A stretch of 63,728 nt of DNA, counting the filler, from Welwitschia mirabilis (taxonomy: Eukaryota), in the NCBI GenBank assembly GCA_051453625.1. It is 6 parts of one record of this genome, joined end to end, with 100 filler letters (N's around TTAATTAATTAA, not from the genome) between each part and the next. Parts side by side here need not be neighbours in the genome. Positions count along the whole stretch, not along the records: positions 46,014 to 52,330 come from JBOZIK010000001.1; positions 52,431 to 59,696 come from JBOZIK010000001.1; positions 59,797 to 63,728 come from JBOZIK010000001.1; 3 more parts are not named here. One strand, 5' to 3'. This document shows positions 50,964-63,728 of the stretch, one piece after another. Numbering within the stretch: the first letter of the stretch is position 1; the number at the start of each line of letters is the position of its first letter. The notes below the pieces were generated by a model. That model searched no databases and had not been told where the DNA came from. It worked only from the letters and a program-made list of their open reading frames with translations. A program made the translations under genes and the position numbers.

Positions 50964-51886
50964 NNNNNNNNNNNNNNNNNNNNNNNNNNNNNNNNNNNNN
51001 NNNNNNNNNNNNNNNNNNNNNNNNNNNNNNNNNNNNNNNNNNNNNNNNNNNNNNNNNNNNNNNNNNNNNNNNNNNNNNNNNNNNNNNNNNNNNNNNNNNN
51101 NNNNNNNNNNNNNNNNNNNNNNNNNNNNNNNNNNNNNNNNNNNNNNNNNNNNNNNNNNNNNNNNNNNNNNNNNNNNNNNNNNNNNNNNNNNNNNNNNNNN
51201 NNNNNNNNNNNNNNNNNNNNNNNNNNNNNNNNNNNNNNNNNNNNNNNNNNNNNNNNNNNNNNNNNNNNNNNNNNNNNNNNNNNNNNNNNNNNNNNNNNNN
51301 NNNNNNNNNNNNNNNNNNNNNNNNNNNNNNNNNNNNNNNNNNNNNNNNNNNNNNNNNNNNNNNNNNNNNNNNNNNNNNNNNNNNNNNNNNNNNNNNNNNN
51401 NNNNNNNNNNNNNNNNNNNNNNNNNNNNNNNNNNNNNNNNNNNNNNNNNNNNNNNNNNNNNNNNNNNNNNNNNNNNNNNNNNNNNNNNNNNNNNNNNNNN
51501 NNNNNNNNNNNNNNNNNNNNNNNNNNNNNNNNNNNNNNNNNNNNNNNNNNNNNNNNNNNNNNNNNNNNNNNNNNNNNNNNNNNNNNNNNNNNNNNNNNNN
51601 NNNNNNNNNNNNNNNNNNNNNNNNNNNNNNNNNNNNNNNNNNNNNNNNNNNNNNNNNNNNNNNNNNNNNNNNNNNNNNNNNNNNNNNNNNNNNNNNNNNN
51701 NNNNNNNNNNNNNNNNNNNNNNNNNNNNNNNNNNNNNNNNNNNNNNNNNNNNNNNNNNNNNNNNNNNNNNNNNNNNNNNNNNNNNNNNNNNNNNNNNNNN
51801 NNNNNNNNNNNNNNNNNNNNNNNNNNNNNNNNNNNNNNNNNNNNNNNNGAAAAGATATTAGTGAAGTTCGTAGCCAAGATGGTAAG

Positions 51887-52330
51887 TGTTGCAGTGTGTA
51901 TTTTTGTAAGTGCTTAAGTTAAAAGGATTCTGTCATTCATAAAATAAATAAATATCTCACACAATACAACACACTAGTATGAGTAGGAGTAGACCCGAAA
52001 TTTCATATTTACATTAAAGACTATGAGACGAGGCTCGGATTTCTTTGCAAAATAATAAAAGGGACTAGAAATAAAGAACAATACAAGAAATAAAAGGTAT
52101 AATGCACATGCAATATGCAACCTAATCTAACAAGCAAAGCAAAATGGAACTAACACTACTTGCTTTTAGCGTTAATAAAGATTGCCCTTAATAATGTATA
52201 TCACCTAAGAAATTGTCACCAGATCAAGGGCAACATAGACTATAAGGGTCATCATAAAATCTACAATGCAAAAATGAAAATAAAACAAATTTTATACTAA
52301 GAATAAGTAACACTCATATGGGTTACAAAA
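51887..52330 (-). mobile_element. Athila-like LTR fragment, same family as 538-1619, cut by a gap
   Basis: TGTTGCAGTGTGTATTTTTG start and the shared TATATCACC.AAGAAATTGTCA..AGAT...TAGACTATAAGGG block. Confidence 0.7.
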
Positions 52331-53599
52331 NNNNNNNNNNNNNNNNNNNNNNNNNNNNNNNNNNNNNNNNNNNNTTAATTAATTAANNNNNNNNNNNNNN
52401 NNNNNNNNNNNNNNNNNNNNNNNNNNNNNNTGTTTTTAAAAATCATTTTTACATATAGTACTTCCACAAATCTTTATACTTTTTTAGATTTTAGTGTTGT
52501 TTTGATATGTAAGCTAGTGAATTCATGTTTCTTTAGGATTTTATCTTATCATTCATTATTTGATAACATTAGACATACTTGACATTGTTATAATCATTGC
52601 CTATTTGAATGGTACTTTATAGTTTTTACATACTGTTATGCATTTTTTATCAAGTGATTTTATGATTTTTACTAAGGTAATTTGTTAGGTAAGAATTTAG
52701 GGTAAAAACAATATTCTTTATGTTCCTAATTCTCCATTTTTCTTTTGTTTTTCTTTAGCTATTTTATTGGATTTTTCAAAGCCATTTTAGTACTTTTTCA
52801 AAATAATATTGTGGATCTGATCATTTAGTAGTTTCTTATTCATTTTATTCATAGCTTCTATTCATGAGGGTTGTTGTTTCTCTTTTTAACAAGTGATGAT
52901 GATACTTTTTAAGTTTTAGTTCTTACTTTTTTGTGCCTACTAAGTTTGGACGCATTTGAGGGGTTCTTTTAAGAATTGATTCCTTCTGCTTAGTGCATTT
53001 GATTCTCTTTAATTCCCTTTTTTTCATAAGTCTCTTTTCACCACAAACATGTTTTTTAGAATAATTCTTCACTTTTTACCTTCTTTCTACTTTTTTGCTA
53101 CTCTTTGTCTATGTGCTTCCTTTCAAAATTTTTCTATTTTTTCTGTCTTTTTGAAATATCTCATTTTAGTAGTGTTTTCCCATGTCTATCATCTCCAAGA
53201 CAAATAAGATGATAGTTATCCTTTTTTACTTTGTGAAATCTAGGACATCTTGCTTTACCTATGGGAAGGGACGACATATCTTCTTAAGCTCCTTCTGAGA
53301 TTTTAAACAAAAACTTTAAATTTAAAAGGATCCTGTTTGAGCTTTCATATTACATATTTATGATGAGTTATTTGGATATGATTTCATATTATTGAATAAA
53401 TTTCATGGACTTTATCTAGCAGGAGTATAGTAACGTACCCATAAAATTTTTCNNNNNNNNNNNNNNNNNNNNNNNNNNNNNNNNNNNNNNNNNNNNNNNN
53501 NNNNNNNNNNNNNNNNNNNNNNNNNNNNNNNNNNNNNNNNNNNNNNNNNNNNNNNNNNNNNNNNNNNNNNNNNNNNNNNNNNTAAGTTTCAGTATCACT

Positions 53600-56500
53600 A
53601 TCTCGCATTATGCTCATACATTATTATTTTCTAAGCTATCACTATTACATTTTATGATTTTTTGTATGTATATGACATTTATTTATTCTATCTTGATGTG
53701 TTTAAGTAAGGGTCTTATGAATATGTCAATATTTGTATTAGTTAATTAGTTTTTGATGTCTATTCTTGCATGGTAAAACTAAACTTAAATTACATTTTTC
53801 GAGTTGCTATTTATCTTAGTTAAATTAGCTCACAGTATAGTTGATTACTCACTTTGGTAGGGACTACCAAGGATAAGTGGGAAGATATGTTACAATGTCA
53901 TTTGTAGAAATTTGATAATGTATTTTGAGTAATTTTATAGGATATTTATATAGGTTTGGATGTAATTCTAATGATTATGAAGAACTAATAGGATGATCAT
54001 TAGAACATGTAATTTTTAGCATATTCAAAGGCATCTTAGGCTTATTTTGATACTTCATACTTTGAAGGAAGGATTTACCATGCAAAAGACTAATTTCTCT
54101 TTAATCTAGAAGATGAAGAAGCTTGTTGTCCCCTCTGTTATCTTTATGACAGGAAGGACAATATCACTGCTGATATGAATGGAGTTTGGGCATTAACTAT
54201 GGAGCCTAAATATAATGGACCACTTTTTGACTTGAAGTTTCATTCCATAATAGTTAGGATAACACCTATTTTTGCAGGGATAGAAAGTAATGGGGTTATG
54301 CAACCCATATGAGCTACTAGGGTTTCTTCTCCAACTTCTAGGGTTAAGCTTCTAGAACTTCAATGTAAAACTATAAATACCCTCCTTTTTCTTTACTTCT
54401 TTTTCTACCCTTTATACCTGATGTNNNNNNNNNNNNNNNNNNNNNNNNNNNNNNNNNNNNNNNNNNNNNNNNNNNNNNNNNNNNNNNNNNNNNNNNNNNN
54501 NNNNNNNNNNNNNNNNNNNNNNNNTCTTAGGCTTATTTTGATACTTCATACTTTAAAGGAAGGATCTACCATGCAAAATACTAATTTCTCTTTAATCTAG
54601 AAGATGAAGAAGCCTGTTGTCCCCTCTGCCATCTTTACGATAGGCAGGACAATATCACTACTAATATGAATGGAGTTTAGGTGTTAACTATGAGGCCTAA
54701 ATATAATGGACCACCTTTTGACTTGAAGTGACATTTCATAACAATCAGGATAACACCTATTTTTGCAGGGATAGAAAGTAATTGGTTATGCAACCCATAT
54801 GAGCTACTAGGGTTTCTTCTCCAACTCCTAGGGTTAAGCTTCTAGAACTTCAACGTAAAACTATAAATACCCTCCTTTTTCTTCACTTCTTTTTCTACCC
54901 TTTATACTTGATGTTCTTGTGATGGGATATTGAAGGATCAGAGGTCTATTCAATATCTACACAGAGAAGTTTACCTTGGTGTTAGGTTGAGGAACCTTCA
55001 TTAAGGTGCTGATACTTTGTTATAAGTGGATGTAAAAGTTCATAATTAGTTTAATTACCTTTTTCACTACTAATGTGTAAATGTTCCTTATGGTTAAAGT
55101 TGATTTTAGTTTAGTGACAGTTTTATAATTTATTTAGATCATAAAGGTAATCTTTNNNNNNNNNNNNNNNNNNNNNNNNNNNNNNNNNNNNNNNNNNNNN
55201 NNNNNNNNNNNNNNNNNNNNNNNNNNNNNNNNNNNNNNNNNNNNNNNNNNNNNNNNNNNNNNNNNNNNTAAAACTCCTTCTAATTGATCTAAGTTCTAAA
55301 GAAATAGTTCTTATGATAGGAGAATTAGACTCCAAATAGAACTCATCTCACTTACATTTCATCCATTTGAATTTTACCATCATTTGTATTTTATTGCATT
55401 TACAATCTAGTTTACTTTCATTTATTAAAATAGAAAACATTAAAAATACTTTGTGAAATCAATTCTCTAACTTCTAGCCTAGTGCCTTGAATGGATTACA
55501 ACATTCAGGATAACTTCCATCTATACTAGTGCCTTCAATTATCTTAATTTATTTTATTAAAAATAAAAATGGCTCTTTTATTTTTCAATTTCTATGCATT
55601 TATTGTTTCTTTGCTATTTCATTATGATTTCTTATTTTCTACTTTCCTTTTATACAAATCTCATAACAATTTAGTATTTTTACTTTTATGAAATTTAAAA
55701 TTTATAGTGAATAATTTATTACTTATCTATAAATCCATGTTGTATTAAGTATAATATATTTTAGTTAGGATGGACGTCCTATATCTATTATATTAACAAT
55801 AATAATTCCTCATTTCTAGGGGGAAAATCTATGATATCTAATTATTAATCTCTTATTAAAACTATTTCTAAAATTCTTTCTACTAAAATTTTCATTTAAA
55901 AATCCTTGCATAAACCTTGTAAGCTTTCAAATGCCTTTGCAATCTCTAACAGAGAATGACAAGTAGAGTTATTTATACTATAATTAGATGTCTTATTTAC
56001 TTACTTACAACTATCACTTATAATTTAATAACTAGAATACGTCTTCTAAAGATCACAAACTATAATAAAAATCAAGGCATAGTAATTTTCTGGCACTATT
56101 GCCAAGGATTAAAATTGGTAATCATTTTCTTCATAAACATCATTTTCTTTGTGAAAATTCTTTTTTATTTCTATTTGTTAGATGTTTTCTTATGAAAACT
56201 AAAAGAAAAATTAAAATGGAAAAATAATCGTATACATTTTACAAGAACTAGTAGCATCTAAAGCTTAGGAGCATGAATCTATAAACATTTTTATCAAACC
56301 TATTGTGTGGGACTTCATTTTTAATCTAATTATATTGTAACGTTCTCTTTACAATCCTTATTATAGAGAGCATATATTTAATTTATTTATCAAAATTTTT
56401 TAATCCTATCTATGCATTTTAATATTGAAACTTAATTTGTGTAATCTTACATTCTATTTACTATCTAAGTTTTTAATGCAAGTTTCCAAACTTGACTAAT

Positions 56501-57500
56501 GTTACTGTCACATTTATTAGAAACGTTAAACTTTTTAAAATTTCATTGCTTTTGAAAGTTTAAATTGAGTGTTTTAGTAGTTTTTATTAATTTTCATTAG
56601 CATTTTATAATAAAATATTTTTATCAATCTTAATTTCTCATACATCATTAAATTAGATTCACTACTAGTTAATTCCATAAGAAAAGTAATGAATAGATAA
56701 AATACAAATAAATCGTAAATAATTTTAATTAAGAATATTTTAAACCTAAACTTTAGACAAGTGATGCTTCAACTAAAAGTCTTATAAATATCATTTTACA
56801 TAAATTAGTATGTCTAAAACCAATAGAAATAGTTTCCATCAAGGATCACATAGAATAATGTTAAAAGCATTATGGAGATATAACTGTTTAGCTACACCTT
56901 TCTATATGGTTTTTCTTTCACGTATAACTTAAATTTAAATAAAATTTATTATTATTAATTTATTTTCTAAATTTTAAAACCTACATTTTAAATATTCTTA
57001 TGAATATTTAATAGAATTTAAAACTATAATTTCAACTATAAGAGATCAAGGTACTATAGTTAAGATGAAACTTTGTCCTTCATCCTTGAATGATAAATTT
57101 GAATCCTAAATAAATATCTTAGAACCTTATTTAATTAGGTCCTTAAGTGAATTCACTCCTTAGCTTTCAAAAAAACTAGTTTCTAGCACATGATATTAAT
57201 GACTTGAAAAAAATTTATGTGCTTTAAGAACTTGATAATGAACTTTTTCATGAAGTATTTAAGGGATTAAAAGATCAATTAAGGAGTTATAGATTACATC
57301 TTTTTGAAGCTTGGAGACTATTAAACATTTTCTATGAAGGATTAAGTGCATAAATTAAACAACTAATGGAGATGATGAGTGGTGATAGTTTCATATTCAA
57401 AGAATCACATAAATGACTTAGAAGATATTTATTTAGGTCAAATTGATAAAGAGGAAATCCTTAATTCTTTGTCCTTCAAAGAGGATCATCTACTATGTGA
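53600..57500 (+). mobile_element. Extremely decayed Athila-like element (LTR, PBS, gag remnant)
   Basis: The motif near 54620 is the reverse complement of GTCCTGCCTATCGT...GGGAC seen near 1360. PBS TGGCACTATTGCCAAGGA at 56091-56108. Gag-like AWRLLNIFYEGL near 57310-57345. Confidence 0.55.
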
Positions 57501-58226
57501 ATGTCATGAATAACTAGCACTTGACCTTCAAACAAAATTTCAATTATGAATCATCTAATTGAAAAGCTAAATCTAAACCTTTATGACATGAATTAAAAAA
57601 TAACTTTCTAAGGAATAGTGAATTTCCAATATTGAACTTAAATCGCTTTCTAAAGTTCTAAAATATGTGTTACTAAGAGATAATAATTCTTATCATATAG
57701 TAATCTTTGCAAGATTATAATTAATATTATTAAACTAATAATGATATGACTTCTACATATAACATTTCAAATAATATAAGTATGTCATAACTTTGATTAG
57801 TTTACTACTATTATTAATTTTTGTTCTGTATGATATTAAAGCCAACTTATTAGAGTTAAGAAAGATAATCTACATATTATAATAATAATATAGTATTATA
57901 ACTAACTCCAACAAGATAATCATGACTCTAGAAGAGATGGTAAAGGAGATTGAAAGTGGATAAAGTTCTATAAACAATGTCACATGAAATAATAAATGCT
58001 AATACTATCAAAACTAAATGTTATATGAAAAGATACATAGAGTCATAAATTAAAGATTTCTATGCCATAAAAAGTAATTCTTAGAGAAATAAAGAATTTT
58101 TCAAGTATAGAGTAAGATGATTAAAATGCTTTTTTTATGATTCTTGCAAGGCCAAGTTAGCTATATTTAACATTATTTATGGAGTATATTTCAAGCTAAT
58201 TTGGCAAGTTTTTACTAAACTACTAG

Positions 58227-58371
58227 TGTTACGGTGCGTATTTATGTAATGTTTTACAATTTGGTCTAAATCTTGTTATTTATAAATAAGATACATAAAC
58301 ACAGCATGCTAGTATAGTAGGGAGTAAACCGAATGTCATAATTCCATCGAAGGCCAATAGTATGGATAATA
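58227..58371 (-). mobile_element. Start of another Athila-like LTR, running into a gap
   Basis: TGTTACGGTGCGTATTTATG...GGGAGTAAACCGAA resembles 538, 51887 and 62512. Confidence 0.55.
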
Positions 58372-59796
58372 NNNNNNNNNNNNNNNNNNNNNNNNNNNNN
58401 NNNNNNNNNNNNNNNNNNNNNNNNNNNNNNNNNNNNNNNNNNNNNNNNNNNNNNNNNNNNNNNNNNNNNNNNNNNNNNNNNNNNNNNNNNNNNNNNNNNN
58501 NNNNNNNNNNNNNNNNNNNNNNNNNNNNNNNNNNNNNNNNNNNNNNNNNNNNNNNNNNNNNNNNNNNNNNNNNNNNNNNNNNNNNNNNNNNNNNNNNNNN
58601 NNNNNNNNNNNNNNNNNNNNNNNNNNNNNNNNNNNNNNNNNNNNNNNNNNNNNNNNNNNNNNNNNNNNNNNNNNNNNNNNNNNNNNNNNNNNNNNNNNNN
58701 NNNNNNNNNNNNNNNNNNNNNNNNNNNNNNNNNNNNNNNNNNNNNNNNNNNNNNNNNNNNNNNNNNNNNNNNNNNNNNNNNNNNNNNNNNNNNNNNNNNN
58801 NNNNNNNNNNNNNNNNNNNNNNNNNNNNNNNNNNNNNNNNNNNNNNNNNNNNNNNNNNNNNNNNNNNNNNNNNNNNNNNNNNNNNNNNNNNNNNNNNNNN
58901 NNNNNNNNNNNNNNNNNNNNNNNNNNNNNNNNNNNNNNNNNNNNNNNNNNNNNNNNNNNNNNNNNNNNNNNNNNNNNNNNNNNNNNNNNNNNNNNNNNNN
59001 NNNNNNNNNNNNNNNNNNNNNNNNNNNNNNNNNNNNNNNNNNNNNNNNNNNNNNNNNNNNNNNNNNNNNNNNNNNNNNNNNNNNNNNNNNNNNNNNNNNN
59101 NNNNNNNNNNNNNNNNNNNNNNNNNNNNNNNNNNNNNNNNNNNNNNNNNNNNNNNNNNNNNNNNNNNNNNNNNNNNNNNNNNNNNNNNNNNNNNNNNNNN
59201 NNNNNNNNNNNNNNNNNNNNNNNNNNNNNNNNNNNNNNNNNNNNNNNNNNNNNNNNNNNNNNNNNNNNNNNNNNNNNNNNNNNNNNNNNNNNNNNNNNNN
59301 NNNNNNNNNNNNNNNNNNNNNNNNNNNNNNNNNNNNNNNNNNNNNNNNNNNNNNNNNNNNNNNNNNNNNNNCGACTTTTAAATAATAAAAATAGCTAGGA
59401 TATCTAAAGAAAGCATCTGAGAAAGATATGCAACATAAGCTAACATGAGATATACCTGCTAAGCACATGGAAGTCGATCATCCGATATAGTTGTTCAGAC
59501 AATAATAGGGATGATAGGATTCTCGAAAGATTTTCAGGATCTGGAACTTGTGACAGAAATCAGATTTTGCATTAATTATATAATTTTGATAAACAGCTCC
59601 TTCTGTGATAAACAGTTAAATATAATCATGTAAAAATCAAAGAGTATTTACAATAATAATTTATCATAATCAAAAAAATTGTATCAAAATTACTGANNNN
59701 NNNNNNNNNNNNNNNNNNNNNNNNNNNNNNNNNNNNNNNNTTAATTAATTAANNNNNNNNNNNNNNNNNNNNNNNNNNNNNNNNNNNNNNNNNNNN

Positions 59797-61800
59797 ACTT
59801 GCATTGATTGGCGTTTTGGACATGGAGTCAAATCAACTTGATGTCAAAATAACATTCTTTCATGGAGACTTTAATGAAGAAATCTATATGAAACAACTTG
59901 AGGGTTCCAAAACCTCAAGAAAAGAACATAATATGTATCATCTAAACAAATAATTATATGGCCTTAAACAAGCTTCATAACAGTGGCACAAGAAGTTTGA
60001 TGTGTTCATGATTAGGCAAGGCTTTATTAGAAGTCAATATGACCATTGTATATACTATCAGCAGTATTCTAATAAATCCTTTGTATATTTGTTATTGTAT
60101 GTTAATGATATATTAATCGTATCTCACAATAAATCTTTAATTGACAAATTAAAATCACAACTAAATAAAGAGTTTGAGATGAAGGAACTGGGTAAAGCCA
60201 AGAAAATTCTTGGTATGAAAATAAGTAGAGATTTTCAAGCTAGCAAATTGTTTCTTTCTTAAAGCAAATATATTCAAAAAGTTCTTAACAGGTTTAATAT
60301 GTTATATTGTAAACTTGTTTCCACTCCCTGTCCTTCTCACTTCAAATTGTCTTTAGATTGTTGTCCAAAAACCAAAGAAGAGATTGAGAGTATGTTACTC
60401 ATTTCTTATGTGAATTCCATTGGATGTTTAATGTATGCTATGATCTGTACTAGACCTGATCTCGCATATGCTGTTATTATCATAAGTTAATATATGCATA
60501 ATTCAGGAAAAGCTCATTGTAATGCAGTAAAATGAATCATTCATTATTTGAAGGTCTCTTCTACTATGGGCTTACTATTTAATAGATGTGACCCTACTTC
60601 GATAAATGTAGTAGGATTTACTGATTCTGATTATGGAGGTAACTTAGATAAACAAAGATCTCTATCAGGATATATCTTTACTCTCTGCAATTCTACTATT
60701 AGCTAGAAGGCATCTCTTTAGTTCATTACTAACTTATCAATAACTGAAGCAGAATATGTTTCAGTAACTAAAGATGTCAAAGACGCTACATGACTCTGGA
60801 GGTTAATGATTGAACTTGGTATACCCCAAGGCGAGACTACGGTATTTTGTAAAAACCAGAGTGCTATTCATCTTACTTAAAATAATGTGTATCACTCTAG
60901 GACCAAGCACATTAATGTTAAACATTACTATATCAGGGAGACACTTACTATTGGTGACATTGTAGTTAAAAAGGTGCATACTTGTAAAAATTCTATAGAT
61001 ANNNNNNNNNNNNNNNNNNNNNNNNNNNNNNNNNNNNNNNNNNNNNNNNNNNNNNNNNNNNNNNNNNNNNNNNNNNNNNNNNNNNNNNNNNNNNNNNNNN
61101 NGCAATTCTGCTATCAGCTAGAAGGCATCTCTTCAGTCCATTACTACCTTATCAACAATCAAAACGGAGTATTTTTTAGTAACTAAAGGTGTCAAAGAAG
61201 CTACATGGCTTTGAGGTTTAGTGATTGAACTCAGTATACCTCAAGAGAAGACTACAGTATTTTGTGATAGCCAGAGTGCTATTCATCTTACTCAAAATAA
61301 CATGTATCACTCTAGGACCAAGCACACTGATGTTAAACATTACTATATCAGGGAGATTCTTGCTATTACTGACATTGTGGTAGTAAAAATGCATACATCT
61401 GAAAATCCTGCAGATATGTTGACTAAGCCTCTTCCTAAGATCAAGTTCAAATAATGTTCAGCTGTCGTAGGCATGTATGATCCTTAAACTATAATTAGTG
61501 CATTAATTTTGAGCCAATGTGGATATTGTTAAGATGTGGCTCAAATCTAAGTACACATCCCTACGTCCTTCATGTATGAGGTGGCATCCAAGCCCCTCAG
61601 ATTGTCATCTAAGCCCATAGTTTCTTACTCAAAACATTGGGCGTATTGCGCTATATATATGAAGCATTCTTAACTCTCAAAGGTTAAGGGGTGTTAAAAT
61701 CTTTTGCTAAGCTTCCATCTCATCACTTTTCCATTCTGATCCTTGCATTCCAACTCTTGTGTTTTAGGTTTCTGTAGAAATAATGCTTGAAGGGTTCTAT
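59797..61800 (+). mobile_element. Ty1/copia (Tork/Tnt1-like) RT-RNase H relic and start of the 3' LTR
   Basis: QLDVKITFFHGD, LLLYVNDILI, CTRPDLAYAV, FCDSQSAIHL..N..YHSRTKH, ENPADMLTKPL. LTR start TGTTAAG at 61527 lies within a GAGCCA...TGGCTC inverted repeat. Confidence 0.85.
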
Positions 61801-62511
61801 GTAAGGTAATTATCATTGGTGGTAAAAACATCACTTAAAATGCACCTACTATTTTTTAAGTTTAAAGGCTCTGTGTTAAAACAAGCTGATAAATTGCTTG
61901 ATAATTATTAGATTCCCATTATTTATTGTTAGATTAAGTTTGTTTATGTAAACATGAATTTTTGTAAATACTTTAGGAAATTCTGCTATGCATTGAGTTC
62001 CTTTCAAGATTGTGTCTAAAATATTATAAGAATTAGAATTATTAGTATCTTATATGTAGCACATCGTTTTATTATCATTTTAACATATATTACAAACTTT
62101 CATTTAATTCACCGTACTACTATACGTGTAAAACATTACATTATTTTTAAACATAGATAAAATCACTTATGAAAACATTTTGCACTGCTGAAATACTAAA
62201 AAATGTTACCACTTTCTTTATTATTATGCACTTAATTTATTATCACTCTTATTTCAAAAAACTTATTTAAGTAACTGTATATTCTAGTGAATTGTAAGAA
62301 TTTTTTATTAGAAATTAATTTGAGTCCTTTTAAATTATGACATAAATGACATTTTTATTCTACTTACAAGTTATTTTTACATCTTTTATCATTTATGTGC
62401 ATTGCTCTAAAAGAAGTTTTTTTTTTTTGTTTGTAAATCATAATTTTAATATATTTTAAATCTTGGGAACTTTATAAAGTATATGGTTGTAAGGATTCTT
62501 ATTACAAGCAT

Positions 62512-63048
62512 TGTTGCAGTGCGTATTTTTGCATATACACTAGTGTGAATGGGAGTAACCCAAATGTCGTATCTTGTTGAAGACTTACGAGAGGACAATA
62601 AGAATTGATTTTTACAAAGAATCTTATAATTAAACTTAAATAACAATGCAAGAACTAAAGATGCAATACAAATGCAAATGTAACTAAATCTAAATGCAAT
62701 GCAAAATGAAACTAAACTACTTTCTTTCAGCCTTAACAAAGGCTGCCCTTAAGATCTATATCACCAATGAAATTGTCACCAGATCAAAGATAATATAAAC
62801 CCTAAGGGACATCTAATAAACTAATATGCATAAACAAAAATAGAGTTTTATATTAAAAATAAACTAACATCTGGGTTACAAAATAGCTAGACCTCAATAG
62901 AGGATGCACAACCCTTTACCCATTTACACATTTCTTAGATCTTCCATCAATTCTCCAAAATCCTCAAAATTGCATCTAGAGCTATGTAATTTTCTTGCAA
63001 AATAGCTTATAAAAATCCATTAAATACACACAAATTGGCAGTGCATCA
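62512..63048 (-). mobile_element. 3' LTR (internally shortened) of an Athila-like element continuing off the right edge
   Basis: TGTTGCA...TGCATCA termini, homology to 538-1619 at both ends, and PPT complement TCCCCCAC at 63052-63059. Confidence 0.7.
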
Positions 63049-63728
63049 TAGTCCCCCACTTAGCTTTGTCAGTTCCTGATGAAAACCATGAGAAAAAGCA
63101 TAAATGCAAGTTAATTTTAGAAAACATCAATCTAGAAATTATAAAATAGGCCCATAAAACACATCACATAGAAAAATAGCATGTAATGCATAATGTATAT
63201 GAAGTAAAAATTTTAAAATTATGTCTCATGAAAGTTTAAAAAAAATTTTAGAAATGAGCTATAAAAATGAGTCCTACCCCTTTAAGAAAAATAATATGTC
63301 CCATATTAGATAAGAAAGCAAAGAAAGTAGACAAGAGTAAGAAGGAAAATGATGGGTGCTTTGGAATGTGGACAACTTTCAAAATTAAGTGCAAAACTAA
63401 GTAGAGAATGTTTTATCATAAAATGATTATGAGCAGCATTGGAGAAAGTCTAAAGTACTAAAAATAAATATCATAAAACTTCTTATTTAAGCAAGAAATT
63501 AATTCTTTCTTAAAAAGTAAATAAGAAAAACAATAAGAAAATATAGTAATAACTTTAAAATAACTAACTGAACCATAAAAAAAAAATAAAAAGAATGGAC
63601 ATAAGGTAATATAAACAAAATATAGCTCGTCTATTTGAGATTTAAACTAGCAAACTCTTATGAAAGAGATCAAATCATCACTTGATTTTAAAAATGCATG
63701 ACTTAATGTATAAAAAATTCCATTCTAT

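Noticed and set aside
50875-51917. Long ORFs in the track (also 4866-5421, 44235-44858, 58266-59468)
   Set aside because: They consist almost entirely of N-gap translations.

Overview
AT-rich, gap-rich land-plant nuclear scaffold made up mostly of decayed, nested LTR retrotransposons (Sirevirus/SIRE-type and other Ty1/copia; Athila-, Tat/Ogre- and CRM-like Ty3/gypsy) plus a hAT transposase relic. One host gene is recognisable: the 3' half of PTAC3/PAP1 (SAP-domain subunit associated with the plastid-encoded RNA polymerase). It has six + strand exons (14539-14707, 15395-15866, 15971-16294, 16624-16869, 35890-36023, 36110-36251) that splice in frame to a stop at 36249-36251. Its most striking feature is a ~19-kb, apparently GC-AG intron holding a three-level Sirevirus nest, although two scaffold joins lie inside that intron. 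Other highlights are a Tat/Ogre-like element with a ~3-kb antisense accessory-gene cassette between protease and RT, a TSD-flanked solo LTR, and a TSD-intact full-length Sirevirus whose two LTRs are very diverged. All family assignments come from motif recognition by eye and recalled family knowledge; no searches were run.
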